A DNA stretch of 64,000 nucleotides, from positions 124,001 to 188,000 of the forward strand of contig LSRY02000048.1 in assembly GCA_001643675.2 (NCBI GenBank), read 5' to 3'. Under the pieces are notes generated by a model that searched no databases, was not told the DNA's origin, and worked only from the letters and a program-made list of their open reading frames with translations. Shown here piece after piece: positions 1-13,051 of this stretch. The position numbers and the translations under genes are program-made. The stretch comes from Monocercomonoides exilis PA203. Taxonomy: Eukaryota > Protista > Preaxostyla. The stretch's first letter is position 1; the number at the start of each line of letters is the position of its first letter.

Positions 1-164
1 CAAATGCTAAGCTGCATCTTCTGCTTTATCACATTCACTGCCCATTGCTTAAAAAGCACGTGTTTCTCCCGCGCCTCGGCAAAAAGAATCACAAAACACA
101 CAAAGTATAGTGCAATCCTGTGAACTCAATTGATCAGCTATATCTGAGTCACTTTATTCCATTT

Positions 165-420
165 GGGTGATAATTTTTGAAATCATAGGTTTTCAGTGAA
201 AATTGTCAGATCGAAAAAATATCTTTTAATTCGTTGAAAATGAATAATGAATATTTACTAAGTTAAACAAAGACTCCACAGTCTTTCTTTTAAATAAACG
301 TATGTTTTTCAAACAATAAAACACCATTCAATATTTGAATGACAAATATTTAGCTCATAACAAATACACTCAAGAAACTCAGACCCCGAAAAAAAAATAT
401 GATTTCAAAAATTATCACCC
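165..420. mobile_element. MITE family A (GGGTGAT(A/T)ATTTTTGAAATCAT TIR), 256 bp
   Basis: Perfect 22-bp TIR at 165-186 and 399-420; 4-bp direct repeat ATTT on both flanks (161-164, 421-424). Confidence 0.9.
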
Positions 421-1137
421 ATTTACAATCTCAAAAGCAATCATCTCTTTTCGTTATCTTCTATGAAATAAAGAAAAATCAATTCGTCAACCATAATTTC
501 CTTAAATTTCATTTTTTTTCATTATCTTTTTCAACATTTTCTTCTTCAAATATATTGCCCTCTTTCGTTTCTCCCAAAATTTCTATTTATTTGTTAATCT
601 TTATTGAATCTAATTCGCACTGCTCACGGAATAGTCAGTAATTTTGAATTTGTTTTCGAATCACAATGATTAAAGCACAGCTGCCTAACGACCTTGAGAG
701 CGAAGTTTGTAAGAGGAGTTAAACGGAAATGAATAGGATTAAGAGAAAAATAAAAGAAAATTTCCACATGAATGTGAAGAAACTGGATTAACTTTTTTTT
801 CTGCAATGACTACTCAAAGCAGAAGGAATATAGAAAGAAATATGGGCAAACAAAAAAGAGAGGAAACGAAAACGGTTTCAACCTCAAAATGAGTCGCCTT
901 TGTAGAAAATAATAAAGATTCAATGAGAGCAAAAGCAAAATCGATGTTTATTTTCGTTTATAACCAGAAAAAATAATAACTTCTGAAAATCACGAAGTCA
1001 ACGAAAGAGAATAAGAAAAGAATGATCAAAAAGCAAAAGAAAAAACAATATTTTGAAGGAAGAAAGGAAGCGGCATTGGAAAAATGTGAAGATTGAAAAA
1101 AGAATTGATGATAAAAAATATAATTAACTTTTATTTA

Positions 1138-1165
1138 GGGTGATTTATAAACCCGAACTTTTTTT
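1138..1165 (+). repeat. solo TIR of the GGGTGATTTATAAACCCGAAC foldback family
   Basis: Matches the termini of the 33214-34214 element; an inverted copy is at 7395-7432. Confidence 0.7.
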
Positions 1166-1251
1166 TAAATTTTGATTTGAAATAAAAGATTTTTTTTATC
1201 AAGCAATTATGTTTTAATTTTGAAAATTGAAATGATTAATAATAAACATAA

Positions 1252-2835
1252 TCAACAAGTTCTCTTCATTATTTTTCTGGTATTTTTATGCTTTGATTCA
1301 TCGTCCAGAACATCATCATTCAAAATGTGGGATTTGCGAAATCTTCTTTTTTGGGGCTTTTCAGCTGCGAAAATAATTTTTTCTTCATTTTCGTTTTTGT
1401 TTTGTTTTCTTTTCTTTTCATTTTTTCTTTTATTTTCTTCACTTTTTTCCATTCTTCAAGAAATTTTTGTTCAGTAATAATTTTTCCAAAAAAATCAAAC
1501 CTGCGTGTTCTCTTTTTCAGTGTCACCGAATGTTCATTTGGAAGTGTTGATAAAACTGAATGCCACTCGCTTGAAAGCACGCCGCTTTTCTTGAACGAAA
1601 AAACAACAGTTGCATGAAGTGAAGCTGTTTGAAGAGCTTGTGGAGAACGTTGGAAATGGCCTCACGTCGAAGAGAAATGGAAGAATCTGGAGGCACAGAG
1701 TACAGAGAGTTGATGCTTTTTTTTGAAGACAGCAAACACACCACGATCAAGAAGTTGTGTGATGTGTGAACTGTGAGGAATAAAAGTGACGATGTCAATG
1801 TTGTTGTAAGCAAATTTCTGCCATACGTCAGGCCGAGCAGTAGAATAATGAGAATCCAAAAGAAGAAAACATCTCCCGTTCGTTTTCATTAATATTTTTT
1901 TTCTTTCGATAATTCCAGTTAATAAAACCTCTTCTGCAAATCTTTTTAAATTGCATTCTGTCATCCATCCATCGTTGTTTTCCCAAACATCAATGTGTGC
2001 GTTCAGAAGAACTAGCATTTCCTTTGGCAATTTGTGGCATGGCCACAATGCAACGCTTTTGAGAGGATATCCATCTGAAGCAGCTGAGATAACCAAAGTG
2101 GCATTTGGCATGTCTGTGGGTGTTGTATGAAATCCAGCTGGAACTTCTGAAGTGTGTATCACAAGAGTTTTGAAGGAATCAGATAAGCGGAGTGAAGATT
2201 TATCAGTGTAAAAGATCAAAGAAGGTGAATAATGATGTGAATTATGAAGATATTGCAGAAGCTCGAAGAAAAGAAAAACAGCTTGTTCGTTGGATACTGA
2301 AAGACGTTGGGTATCCACATTTCCGGGCATGGACGCTTTGAGCTCAGAATTCCTTTCTGCAAATAGATATGGATATGATTTGGACACACTGGTGTTTTCA
2401 TCAACATCAGTTTCTGATCGTCTTTTTTTGTCGGAAAGGACGGATTCCATCTGAAAAATATTTATTATTAAAAACGAAAGATAAATAAATGTGAAATCAA
2501 ACTTATTCTCTTGTTCTCTTGGCATATAAACTTGTTCCGGATAAACTTTCGATTTTAATAACTCCAACAATAATGTTTTTGTCTTCTTCATTGAATAACT
2601 CTGAACTTCTAGATTTTCCAACAGCTCTACCATTTTTAACTGCCGAAACTGCTCTGATTACTGCTGAACGAGAAAACTCTTTGGTATTTTTTGCATCAAT
2701 GATTCGAGCATGTCCATCAACAACAATATGTGCCATGCGTTCTAATCGATTTTCAATTTTTCGATATTCAAATGACATCATTTTTTGTCGAAGAATTATC
2801 TGTCCACGTTTTCTATTGGTTTTCACAACACTCAT
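1252..2835 (-). pseudogene. pogo/Fot-like DDE_1 transposase (DD35D), disrupted
   Basis: IFYTDKS...LLLDSHYS-x-IPHSSHITQLLD with 35 residues between the 2nd and 3rd D. N-terminal HTH-like part is in ORF 2503-2835. Probable 52-nt GT-AG intron at 2451-2502 with an in-frame TAA just before it; frameshifted Lys/Glu-rich tail. Confidence 0.85.
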
Positions 2836-3309
2836 TGAAAAAATATTCTGGTAATGATCTTTTTTTATTTTATTAAAAAATATTTTTTGATATGAAAAAT
2901 AATCAAAAAAATATTTTCAATTAAATTGGTGATTTTTTTTTTGAAATCATAAAAAAAGATCAAAAATCGGAAAAATAAATTAAATTGTGGAACTATTTGA
3001 TCACTGAACAAAAATTGATTTTTCATTAACATTAAAATTTTTTATCATAATATTGGTTCGTTTTATTCATAAAAAAAAAATAAAAAAACATACCTTTTTG
3101 ATATTTTCTGCTCAAATGAATGTGTTGATCAAATTTCAAAAAAAAACAAAGGATTGAAAAATTCTTTTTCAAAATGAAATGAAGTATGAAACTCGCTTAA
3201 CGATCAAATTGATTGAAAACGTTATTGAAAAAGATTTTAAAAGATTGTTATTTGTAATTAAATTTGTTTGACTGTTAAAAAATGAAAATTGTGAGTTTTT
3301 ATTTTTTTT

Positions 3310-4050
3310 TCCCAACTCAACAGCATTGGAAAATCACCGATCCGGCTGTGCGGACAAATTGTTTCAGCAAATGAATTAGATAAGTCGGGGAATCATTCAA
3401 TTGATGATTACAACTGACTCTATCTTGTTTTTTTCTCTCCTCATTCTTTTAAAGGAAATGATTTTCAAACTTCCTTCTCCATCCGCAACTTCTTTTCCTT
3501 TTGTTTTATCTTTTCAATATCCAAATCCTTCCTTAGAAAATGTCGCCAACGTTGTTTGCTTCTATCTTTAGAACTTTCTGTGATATTCATCTCGCATCAT
3601 AACTTAATTTCTCTTTCAGCTCGCAAACCTTTTCTTGAATCACGTTATCTTTTACACCAAGTTCACTAGCTGTTGTGAAAGTATTGGAGGAAGAGGCAGA
3701 AATGATGTGTATTTTGTGTGTGAATCCCTTGTCGCTTCTGTGAAGGAACCCTTGTTCGCCTTCATGACAAGCATCACTCAGAAAGACAACTCGGTTGTTG
3801 GGCATGACAGAACAGAGGCATTCGGTGATTGGAATGTCGATTTGTTTATATTTCTCGGTTGACAATACGCAAACAAGGTGTATGCAGGTGGAGTGTATGG
3901 AGCCAAGGAAGTGAATTGTGGTTTGGAGAAAGGATCGTGTATGAATATGAACGACTGGATTGGGCTCCTGAAAAAAAGCGCAGAAAAAGGTGGAGAAGAC
4001 AAAGACAGAGGAGAAGATACGGAAGCAGAAGAGGATGAGGAAGAAGCAGA
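3310..4050 (+). pseudogene. relic of large Gly/Cys-rich beta-helix-like surface protein family
   Basis: GGRGRNDVYFVCESL...VDLFIF...EVNCGLEKGSC matches the motifs in ORFs 41518-44184; interrupted by stops. Boundaries approximate. Confidence 0.6.
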
Positions 4051-4065
4051 TAAAGCAATTGATTT

Positions 4066-4090
4066 GTCTGTCTGTCTGTCTGTCTGTCTG
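4066..4090 (+). repeat. (TGTC)n microsatellite
   Basis: About 6 tandem TGTC units. Confidence 0.9.
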
Positions 4091-4285
4091 TGTTTCGTGA
4101 AAAGGAAAAAGGCTTAAAAGGAAGATTATAAATTTTTTTAATTCCATTCATTCTTTCTCTTCCTCTTCCTCTCTTCTGCTTTTCCTTCTCCTCTCTCTAT
4201 CTCCTTCTCCATCCTTCACCGCCTCCGCTGCTTCTTCTCTATCATAAGATTCCCTCCTTTCTTCTGCTCTTTCACTTTCGTATTC

Positions 4286-6610
4286 TCACTGAAGATATCG
4301 TGAGAAGGCGCAAAAGAAAAAATAGGCACACAGATTCGGCTGGCGGTGTGCTTTAATACGGCAGAATGTTAAAGTGGCTGATGTTGAAGAGGATATGCAA
4401 GAGTGGAAAATGGAGGAGAAGGAGTGACAAAAGAAGGAGATAGTGACGATGAAGAAGTCCTCTGGTCGATTTTGCCGAGAAAAAAGAAGAAGAAGAAGGG
4501 GAATAGCAGAAGGGGTTTGGAAGAACAACACTGTCAGCTGCAACGGCGAGATCATTGGCATTGAGATGCTCGAGGGAGCAGCTGAAGCCATCGTCGAACA
4601 CGAGCAGGTGCGAGGAAGCACTGAGGGCGGAGAGGTTGGTGCGGGAGAGAAAGAATGAAGAAGCGTGTAGAGCACGAAGAGCGGGGCAGGAGAGGTGGAC
4701 GAAATTTTAATAGAAGATGGATAAAAGAAGTTTTCTCATGAAAACACAAAAGAGTGCGGAGTTGAGGTGGGCATGCTTGCCGGCTGCAGAAAAGAGAGAA
4801 GAGGATGCAGTGAGGGATCCCTCGAGAGGAGAAGAGGGAAGAGTGTGCAGATGCGAAGGAAGAGTGAAAAGAAAAATTGCAGAAGGTGAGGATGCAGTTG
4901 TTGAGAAAAGCGACAATAGCAATGAGATAGTTGTAGCGAAGAAAACAAGTTCAAGATTTCCCGAGGTTTAACGACGCGGATGAAAGCAAGGGAGATCGGT
5001 GTATCGAAGAAGGAGGAGGCGAAGATTCAGAAGGCGTTGCAGATGGCGCGGTAGATATGGAGTACGGCTGTGGAGAGTGAAGCGCAGGCAAGCGGGGAGC
5101 AGTACTGGCAGGAAGAGGAGTCGGTGTATTATTCGACGAATATCTGGTGGGCGCGGAAGAAGGTGATGAAGGGGAGGAGGCGGATCGAGGACGGGGACTG
5201 GGTTGGTGTGGGAGGAGTCGGAGCAGCTGATGGAGGTGTTTGTGGCGAGGAAGGGCTGAGTGAAGTCGAAGGAAAAGAGGTGCTCGTTGATTTGGGAGTG
5301 GATGCTGGAGCACTGAAGAAAGACATCCTCATCCACGAAGGCATCGTTCAATGCACAGCTGTGGTTAAAGATAGGGAAATGAATAGAGTATTTTCGAATT
5401 CGGTGCAGTCGACAAACATCTCGCTACCTCTGATGGTTGGCCGGAGCAGATACATTGTGTGAAAATTTATGATAATATGCCCAACAGCTACTCCAGGCAA
5501 AATGGAACAAAGTATCTCCAAACATGGTTCAGCCGGATGCCCACTTGCGAGGAAATAAAAGCCCTTGTCTCCTTTCACAAGCGCCTTGTTGATTATGATT
5601 GTTCAGAAATACTTCACAAAAGAGATGGAGCGAGACGAATCAGTTGCGTCCAACTCAAATCCGTGAAGTTTATTGAGAAAGCTTAGGCTTGCGCAGATCA
5701 TGATCCTTTATATATGTCCTATATCCACCACAGCCTGAAGCATGCTTCATCGTGTCAACTTCTTTTTGTTCTTCCTAGTATCGCATCCAGCAAACATCGC
5801 ATGCACAAGGACAAACTACTTGATGACATCAGTTGCATCTAAGAACATTTCACCACCCAAGTCATGGCTCTGTGCCTCCCTTTCCCCAGTCGATGCTGTA
5901 CACTTCAAAAGGATGAACGGTTTATTAGCAGGACAGCCCCTGTCGCCAGCTCGTCTGCAACACCACCTCCTTTGGACTTTGTTTGGTTTCTTATTTCCTG
6001 ACCTGCCTCGCCTTTTCAAACCTCTGCCATATTCACCTGCGCTCCATCTCAAATCCACTTCTGCACATGCTCAGAAATCAATTTTCTTCATTGAACAACG
6101 CTGCTGCCTTCACACTGTCGAAATGAAAACATGCTGCTCGCAATTTCTCCCGTATTTTGAAGTCGTTCAGCATCAAACTTTCAGAGTTGAATATTATCAT
6201 CCTGAAAAATAATCTTTCCTAATCCACCAGTTTCCAGCTGCAACATGAGTTTCATTGTTGGTGTAGCTGGTTGTATTTGAAGTTTCGCAAGATGGATGAT
6301 GGACCAAAAGCTATCTAACTTCTGGCTCAAACGACGGGTCAGAAGAATCTCCTTCAGAAATTTCTTCAGTGCTGCTAGTGAATGTGGAAGCAGAACAGAT
6401 AGAGAAGAGTAGTGGGAGCGAAAAAGGAGCGTACGATGTTGCGGTCCGGATAACAGAAGGCAGCACCAAATAGGAGGAAGTGGAAGATGGATAGTGAGAG
6501 AGGAAGTTTGAGGAAGATGAAGGAGAAGAAGTGTGGATATCCTGTAAGGAAGTTGTAATAACGTTTAGGGAGCTTTTGATAAGTCTGAAGTTACGCTTCC
6601 CGATTTGCAT
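4286..6610 (-). pseudogene. relic of large beta-helix-like surface protein family
   Basis: DVFLQCSSIHSQINEHLFSFDF parallels DIFTECNNITSQINESQSRFDL (ORF 44215-44511); CTASTG...GGEMFL motif; many frameshifts; GC-richer than the flanks. Confidence 0.55.
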
Positions 6611-7394
6611 ATATTTTTGTCAAAACATTTTCTTTAAATATTTTTTTCTATAACTTTTTTGGATCAATTATTTTGATGTGTTTCTTTCTGAGAAACATTT
6701 GTTGATAAATGAAAAAAGTTGCTCACTATTGCTGATATGATAATAATTTTGTTATTGAATCATTAAAAATGACAACTGCTTTGAAAATTGAAAGATTTCA
6801 ATAAAAGGCTTCAGATTAATAATTCCATTTTGATAATAACACATCAAGAACCGAAACTACTTCTATATTTTCCAATAGAAATTGTCTTAAGCATTATGGG
6901 AATAATTTTATTCATGTTTTTGAAACAAGCAAACTGACTTTTTGTTCTGTTTTCTGAAGATTTTATATTTTCGAATAATTATTTTATGTTTTTTTTTTCA
7001 AAATTTGTAATAAAAACAATTTAAAACAGATTAAAATCAAATAATAATAAATAACATTATTATATTTAACTATATTTTCATGTAGTTTCTAATAAAACAT
7101 TTCTTTTTGACTCAACCCTTAATGAAAATTTTTTATGATCAAACGTCGGAATTTTTAATGATATCAAAAAAAATCACCCAAATTCTAACTTAGTCAGCCC
7201 CGTTGCTATTCCCTAATCTTCTCAGGGGAGGCACTAATCAGAGATGGAGGAGCTAACCCCCCCCCATCTCCCCCCATTAGAGATTAGGTATAGTAATTTA
7301 ATCTACAATTTCAGTCATTGATTTTTCCTTATTTTCTGAAAACAATATTAAAAATATTAAAAGTGGGAAAAATCAACTTATTATTAAAATAAAG

Positions 7395-7432
7395 TCCGGG
7401 TTTTTAAAAAAGTTCGGGTTTATTAATCACCC
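7395..7432 (-). repeat. solo TIR of the GGGTGATTTATAAACCCGAAC foldback family
   Basis: Reverse complement reads GGGTGATTAATAAACCCGAACTTTTTTAAAAACCCGG, like the 33214 terminus. Confidence 0.7.
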
Positions 7433-7876
7433 TTGACCATTTATCAGAAAACAAAAGAAATGATAAAAGCACATAAATATCTCCATAACATGACTCCTGA
7501 AGTGAACATATTTAATAGACATGATGTGAATGAAAATAATTCTCACTCACTAATATGAAAAACATTTTTTTTATCAAAAAAGAAAATCCAGTTAATAATT
7601 GATTAACAACAACTATCTTTTTTATTCCTTATATTTTTTTGGAAAACTTCCTTTTGGGAGAATTTTCAAATAATGAAAAATTTCTTATTTTCATCAATTT
7701 TCGTTTTTACTCACGAAACTTCACAATAATGGAAATATCAACATTATTCAGGTTTTGTTTCCATTTTACAGAAGTTAAGAGAGTGGGAACAGAAAATTGT
7801 TGAAAATTTAAAATTTTTGTTTTATTTGAAGATGTTAACGAACGGAAGTTTTCAATAAAAATTTGAAACTTGATAT

Positions 7877-8144
7877 GTTGTAAAATATTTTACTTCAAGT
7901 ATTTTCATTGAAAAATTATGCACTTTTTATAGACTTTTTAAGATCAAATGACACAATAAAAACTAGTCAATATTTCATCATTCGTGAAATGTTGAAAAAC
8001 TTGAAGCTTTGATATCAATGATTCCTGTATGCGGTTATGAAAATCATATTTATTTCAAAATCTGAGAATGCGAAATAAAGGAATGAGCGAAGTAATATTT
8101 TTGTTCTTTGTGCAAAAAAAGCTGAATAATTCATATTTTCCCCC
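7877..8144 (+). mobile_element. MITE family C, 268 bp
   Basis: Colinear with 58816-59083; right end CATATTTTCCCCC, degenerate left end; TSD ATAT (7873-7876, 8145-8148). Confidence 0.75.
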
Positions 8145-8249
8145 ATATAAAGATTTATAATAATAATTTTTATTAATTTCTGAATTTTCATTTTTAATAT
8201 TTTTATAAACAATGGGTTGCATAATGATCATTTTTTGAAGGTGTAAATA

Positions 8250-8652
8250 CAGATATCGCATAAAATACCGGACATTGCACAAAATACCGGACAAGATCGA
8301 TTTCACAATAACTGCAAGAAGATAAATTCTGACAATTTTCCTCAAAATACATCTCATCAATACAAACTCATTCGATACACCAGTCTTTCAAAATAGCTTC
8401 ATTTGTGCTCAGAAAAAATAATTTTCTATATCTCGGAGAAATAGGATTTAGAGTTTTTCCAAGATTTCAATCATTATTTTTTATTTTTTTTGAGCACAAA
8501 TGAAGCTGTTTTGAAAGTCTCGTTTTTCAATTAAGTTTGTATTGATGAGATAAATTTTGAGAGAAATTGTCAGAGTTTGTCTTCTTGCAGTTATTGTGAA
8601 ATCGATCTTGTCCGGTATTTTGTGCAATGTCCGGTATTTTATGCGAAATCTG
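8250..8652. mobile_element. Tc1/mariner-pogo-type palindromic MITE (CAGATATCGCATAAAATACCGGACA TIR), 403 bp
   Basis: Near-complete foldback with TA on both flanks; second copy at 57191-57586. Confidence 0.92.
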
Positions 8653-8871
8653 TACCACATCACTATTGCCACAGCAGGCCAATGAAGTAAAAAAAGTCGA
8701 TTGAACATTATTTCAAATGTTTGTGTTATTAACAAATTATATTTTTTTTAAGTTTTGAACTCATTATTTTCTGATATTAATGGATTGTGAATTATTGTCT
8801 TTTTTTCAATTTATTTTAATTTTTTTTTTTAATTCATTTGGATTATGAGAGCTGGTTTTTCATGAAAAGGT

Positions 8872-10216
8872 TCAGCAAACTAACGAGATGCTTATGAAAA
8901 CATAAACAGCAGTTTTCGTTAAGGAACTGATTGTCATAAGAAAAAGGCTGTTCAGGGGAACGAGAAGTTTGCATCTTCGACAGTTATTGGCTTGATAGAG
9001 AAGCGGATGTATAGGACACTGAAAGTTTTGGCGGAGAATCTGGATAACAAAGCGGAGAAGACATATCATGTTGAAGGGTTTCCACTGATATTTGCGAATG
9101 GGAGCTGAATTCCGGGAAAAAGGAGGAAGCGGATGCTGGAGGTTGAGAAGCGCGTTGTGATGTTGGAAGAACAGAGCAAGAGCTTGTTGGATGCGATCCG
9201 GGGCTGAGAGAGCGTGCGAAGGGGAAGAATTCAGGGTGCAATAGGTGAGTCCTTTCTGGCAGTGCTGATCAGTTTGAGAGATCAGCAGGGGGGGGAGATG
9301 CAGCTGCCGTTCGTGTGGAGGGAGCTATGCAGTGCTGTCTGCACATCCTAACACTTGTGTGTGGGGTTAATAGAGAAGAACGGATTATGACGCACTGTTC
9401 GGATAATACAGGGCAGATCACCGAACGGCGGGGGAATGGGAGGGTCGGACGGGAGGAGATTGAGAAGAGCGGGGTGGAAGAGGAGGCTGTGGTGTGTGGA
9501 GTGTATTTGAAAGAGGAGCTGGCTGTGGAGGAGTGGGCAGGTGGAAAAGATGAAGAAGGGAGGACAGGGGAGGAGGAAGAAAAAGGAGGAAAAGAAAGGA
9601 AGAAAGTTTAACGCGATAGCATCAATTTTGCTTGAGTGTGAAGGCGCAGGGGCAGGGAGGAGGCAGAGTCTGCATGAAAGGTGTTGGAGACCGATCATCC
9701 TGGTCATTGGGATGAGTGCGGTGGTGCTCGTGATTGTGTGGTGCAGTGAACAGTCACAGCATCTGGTGGAGTCGAGGGAGAAGGTTCTGCAACAGAACCG
9801 GTAGATGTGATATTCAGTATTTGAGCGTGTGAAGCAGATATTTGTGGAGAGGGAATATGTGAGGGAGGAGGATGTGAAGGTGAGGGAAAAAATAATGCAA
9901 TGAGAATAAAGGAATGGATGGATGAAGGGAAGATGGAAAAGATGAAAGGACAGAAAAGAGAGAAAAGAGAGAAAAGAGAAGGGAGGAGAGGAGAAAGTGG
10001 AATTGAAATGAGAAGAAGAATTGAAATGGGATCGAGGATTGCGGAGCAGAAGAGTGTGGAAGTGGCATTTGGAAGGAAGAAGAAGAACCCATGCCCAGTT
10101 GCGAGAATCCGTTTGGAGCGGTGATTGTGAATGAAGGGAGGAAGCTGGCATAACTCATTTACAAGAAGGAGGAGTTTGGAAGAGGAGAAGAGAAAAAAGC
10201 AGAGGGAGTGCCACAT
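8872..10216 (-). pseudogene. decayed host-gene relic, family uncertain
   Basis: GC-richer island with fragmented ORFs in all frames and composition like the other relics; no diagnostic motif. Strand is tentative. Confidence 0.3.
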
Positions 10217-10936
10217 GGAAATCTGTTATGTGTGCAAAAATTTTTGCATGTACAAAATAAAGAGTTTTTATTCATATTCATGGACAATAACTATGGAAAG
10301 TCACAACTTTCATAAACAACAAATCAAATGAATTTATTTTGTTATAATAATCAATTATAAAATAAAAAGGAATGAATTGTGTTTTGAGAATTGCAGTGAA
10401 GCAATATTAAAATAATGATAATTATGTCAATCGAAAAAAAATTATGTTAAACGTGAAAAAACCACTTAGGTTTAAAGCTTTAAAAAAATGAAAAATAAAA
10501 ACAATAAGACACAGAAAATAAAGTCCCTTCTACACAAACAAATAAATTTAAGAATCTTGATGTTAATTTGGATTGAATGATATGAGTTTTGTTAAAGGGT
10601 GAAATAGTGATTGAATAAAAAAAGATTTAATAAAGGATTTAGTATGGAAAATAAATTTTTTAAAAAAAATTTTTGATATGTTTGAAATATTAAGCAATAT
10701 TTCATAAGATGAATTTTGAATAGATTTGAATTTTTATTTAAATAAATAAGGTTTATTCAAATAAACTTACTTTTATCCAAATAAATCAAGTTTATTTGAA
10801 TAAACAGAGTTCATTTTAAAAAGGCTGAGTATATTTGAGTTATGAAAATTAAGATAATAAACAAATATAAAAAACACGCTTCAAAAAAAAAATAATAATA
10901 ATAATAATTAGAACAAAATCAAAAGATTTTGAGTTG

Positions 10937-10947
10937 AAAAAAAAAAA
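10937..10947 (-). terminator. RNA polymerase III oligo(T) terminator of tRNA-Phe
   Basis: T11 run about 10 nt downstream of the tRNA on the minus strand. Confidence 0.7.
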
Positions 10948-10956
10948 CAAAATATT

Positions 10957-11029
10957 TGCCCCAGGTCGGTTTCGATCCAACTACCTGCAGATCTTCAGTC
11001 TGACACTCTACCAATTGAGCTACTAGGGC
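10957..11029 (-). tRNA. trnF-GAA: tRNA-Phe (GAA), intronless, no encoded CCA
   Basis: GCCCTAG-TA-GCTC-AATTGGTA-GAGT-G-TCAGA-CTGAAGA-TCTGC-AGGTA-GTTGG-ATCGAAA-CCGAC-CTGGGGC-A folds as a 73-nt cloverleaf. Confidence 0.92.
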
Positions 11030-11539
11030 ATATCAAAATTTGAACTTTTTCGAATTGAATACATATTTTTGATTTGACTTAAGCAAAACTGATTTGAGAA
11101 TATCTATTTTTAATTCAAAAAGTCAAAAATTATGTGATAAGTTTGATCATGATAATTGAATGTTTCAGCTGTATCATATCAAATAACAGTTTGCTTTTTA
11201 TAAATTTTTAATACGTTCATCATTCGTTTATTTTTTATATGTTTTCATGATGATTTTTTGAGTTCTTTTTCATTTCAACCGATATTTTTGTTATTAGTTT
11301 TTCTTATTTGCTGTGTTACCCAAAGTATTCGAATAATTTTAACTTTTATTTTTAGCTGATTTAATGAAAGAATTATTCAATAACATGTTTGATTTTATTA
11401 ATTTTTTATATTTTATTGATTTTTTGATGTGAATCATAAAATCATGTTTATTTTAAAGCTTACAACTATTATTGTCAATTAATTTTTCAATATTTTCAAA
11501 CAAATATCATTATTTAAGTATTGAGTGAGCGAACAAAAG

Positions 11540-13051
11540 GGCATAAACATACAAAACGCGTACCAAAATTTTTCACTATATAATAACAACGGAAGTTCTG
11601 TTTTATGATTCTGTTAATATTCACTTCGTAACATCTTGCGAAAAGTGATGTGCGTGAAAAAAGATCAAAAAATATTTTCGCAAAATTTTAATAAAAAATA
11701 TTATCTATGGTTCAAATTCCGAGGAGTCTTCTCCTGTTCCAGCTCCAAAAGGATCTGAATCCTCGCTTTCTGATTTTAAAAGTTCATCTTCAGTATCTTC
11801 TTCATTACTATTTCCCAAAATATCATTAATATCAGGAATTTCTTCATTTTCATCAACTTCATCATCATCAATTTCCAGTTCAAATTCATCTTCAGATTGA
11901 AAATTTATTTCTTTTTCGATGAATTCTCCGTATGAAAGAAAACCTGATCTTTTCACAATGAACGTTGCAAGCACTCCAGGAATGAACCGCTCTCTCACTC
12001 CATATCTTGGAAAAAAAGATCGCAAATGTGCCCACATTCCTTCGATAGTGTTCGTATTGGCTTTTGTAACGGGATCAACGTAATGACGTTTGTGGCAGAC
12101 GGTTTGGTGTGTGTAACCAATTTCTCCTAAGCAAGTGTATGCTTTCCACTCGTCGCTGATTATTGTTGTTCCTTCTTTGATTCTATTTTTTATTATAGGG
12201 ATTAATGTCTCTTTTTTTCGATTAGGCACAATGACAACGAATTTTTTTCCTAATTCTTCTTCGCCTTTTCGTTCGACCGCTCCAAATATCCACATCAATT
12301 TTTTCTGCTTTCCTAATTCAAAAAATAGTTATATTCACAACAAATAAATTAATATTTATGAAAACAAAATATATATTCGATGTAAAAACCTTTTTGTATT
12401 TCCGTCTCCTCCATGCTGCTTCATCAATTTCCACTATTTTGCCTTCCCCTCCAATTTTTTCATTTCTGTAATTTAAGTAATTTAACGCTGTCGACCTTGC
12501 AACACTTGTCCAGTATCCAATCGTCATTTGAGATACATTTAACATCATGCCAATTTGCCAATCTTTGATTTCAAGCCAAAACATCAAAAGAATCATCATC
12601 ACAGTGGAAATAGGCAATTTTGAAGACTCCAGAGTTGTATTTTTAAAGCAGGAAACACTTTTCTTGCACTTTGGGCACTTCGGGAATCTTGAATGTCCCC
12701 TTCCTTTACAGATATATTTGACTTTTTGCAGTGTTGACAAACTGCAAAAACCTTAGGTAAATATTGTTGTATCCATTTCCAAGATGATTCTTCAGATGAA
12801 AATGTTTCATACAGCGCATGACATTCCTTTTTGAAAGGTTTTTTCCAAGACATCTAATTTTTGATCCACAAAAATTTTGTGATCAAACCCATTTTTTATG
12901 TGATTTTGAGAAAAAATTATATTTTTTATTTTGTCAAGTGGATGCAAAGCGCAGACAAAGTACAAAATATTATTAAACCTAATAAGCAATAGATTGTGAA
13001 AATGATTGAAAGAATCAAAAATATTTGGTATGCTTATTCTATGCTTATGCC
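11540..13051 (-). mobile_element. full-length Merlin (IS1595/ISXO2-type) transposon, 1512 bp
   Basis: 28-bp imperfect TIRs beginning GGCATAA; perfect 8-bp TSD AACAAAAG (11532-11539, 13052-13059); encloses the transposase. Confidence 0.93.
11705..12853 (-). pseudogene. Merlin transposase with N-terminal Zn ribbon and acidic tail; 2 apparent frameshifts, 1 intron
   Basis: CQHC/CPKC, IVEIDEA, WIFGAVER, IISDEWKAY, TVCH, TNTIEGMW; GT-AG intron at 12313-12389. Confidence 0.9.

Noticed and set aside
2503-2505. Alternative genetic code (TAA/TAG = Gln, as in some oxymonads) explaining in-frame stops
   Set aside because: The roughly 905-codon hAT frame and the long 41.5-44.2 kb ORFs contain CAA codons but no internal TAR, and the relics also contain TGA stops and frameshifts.
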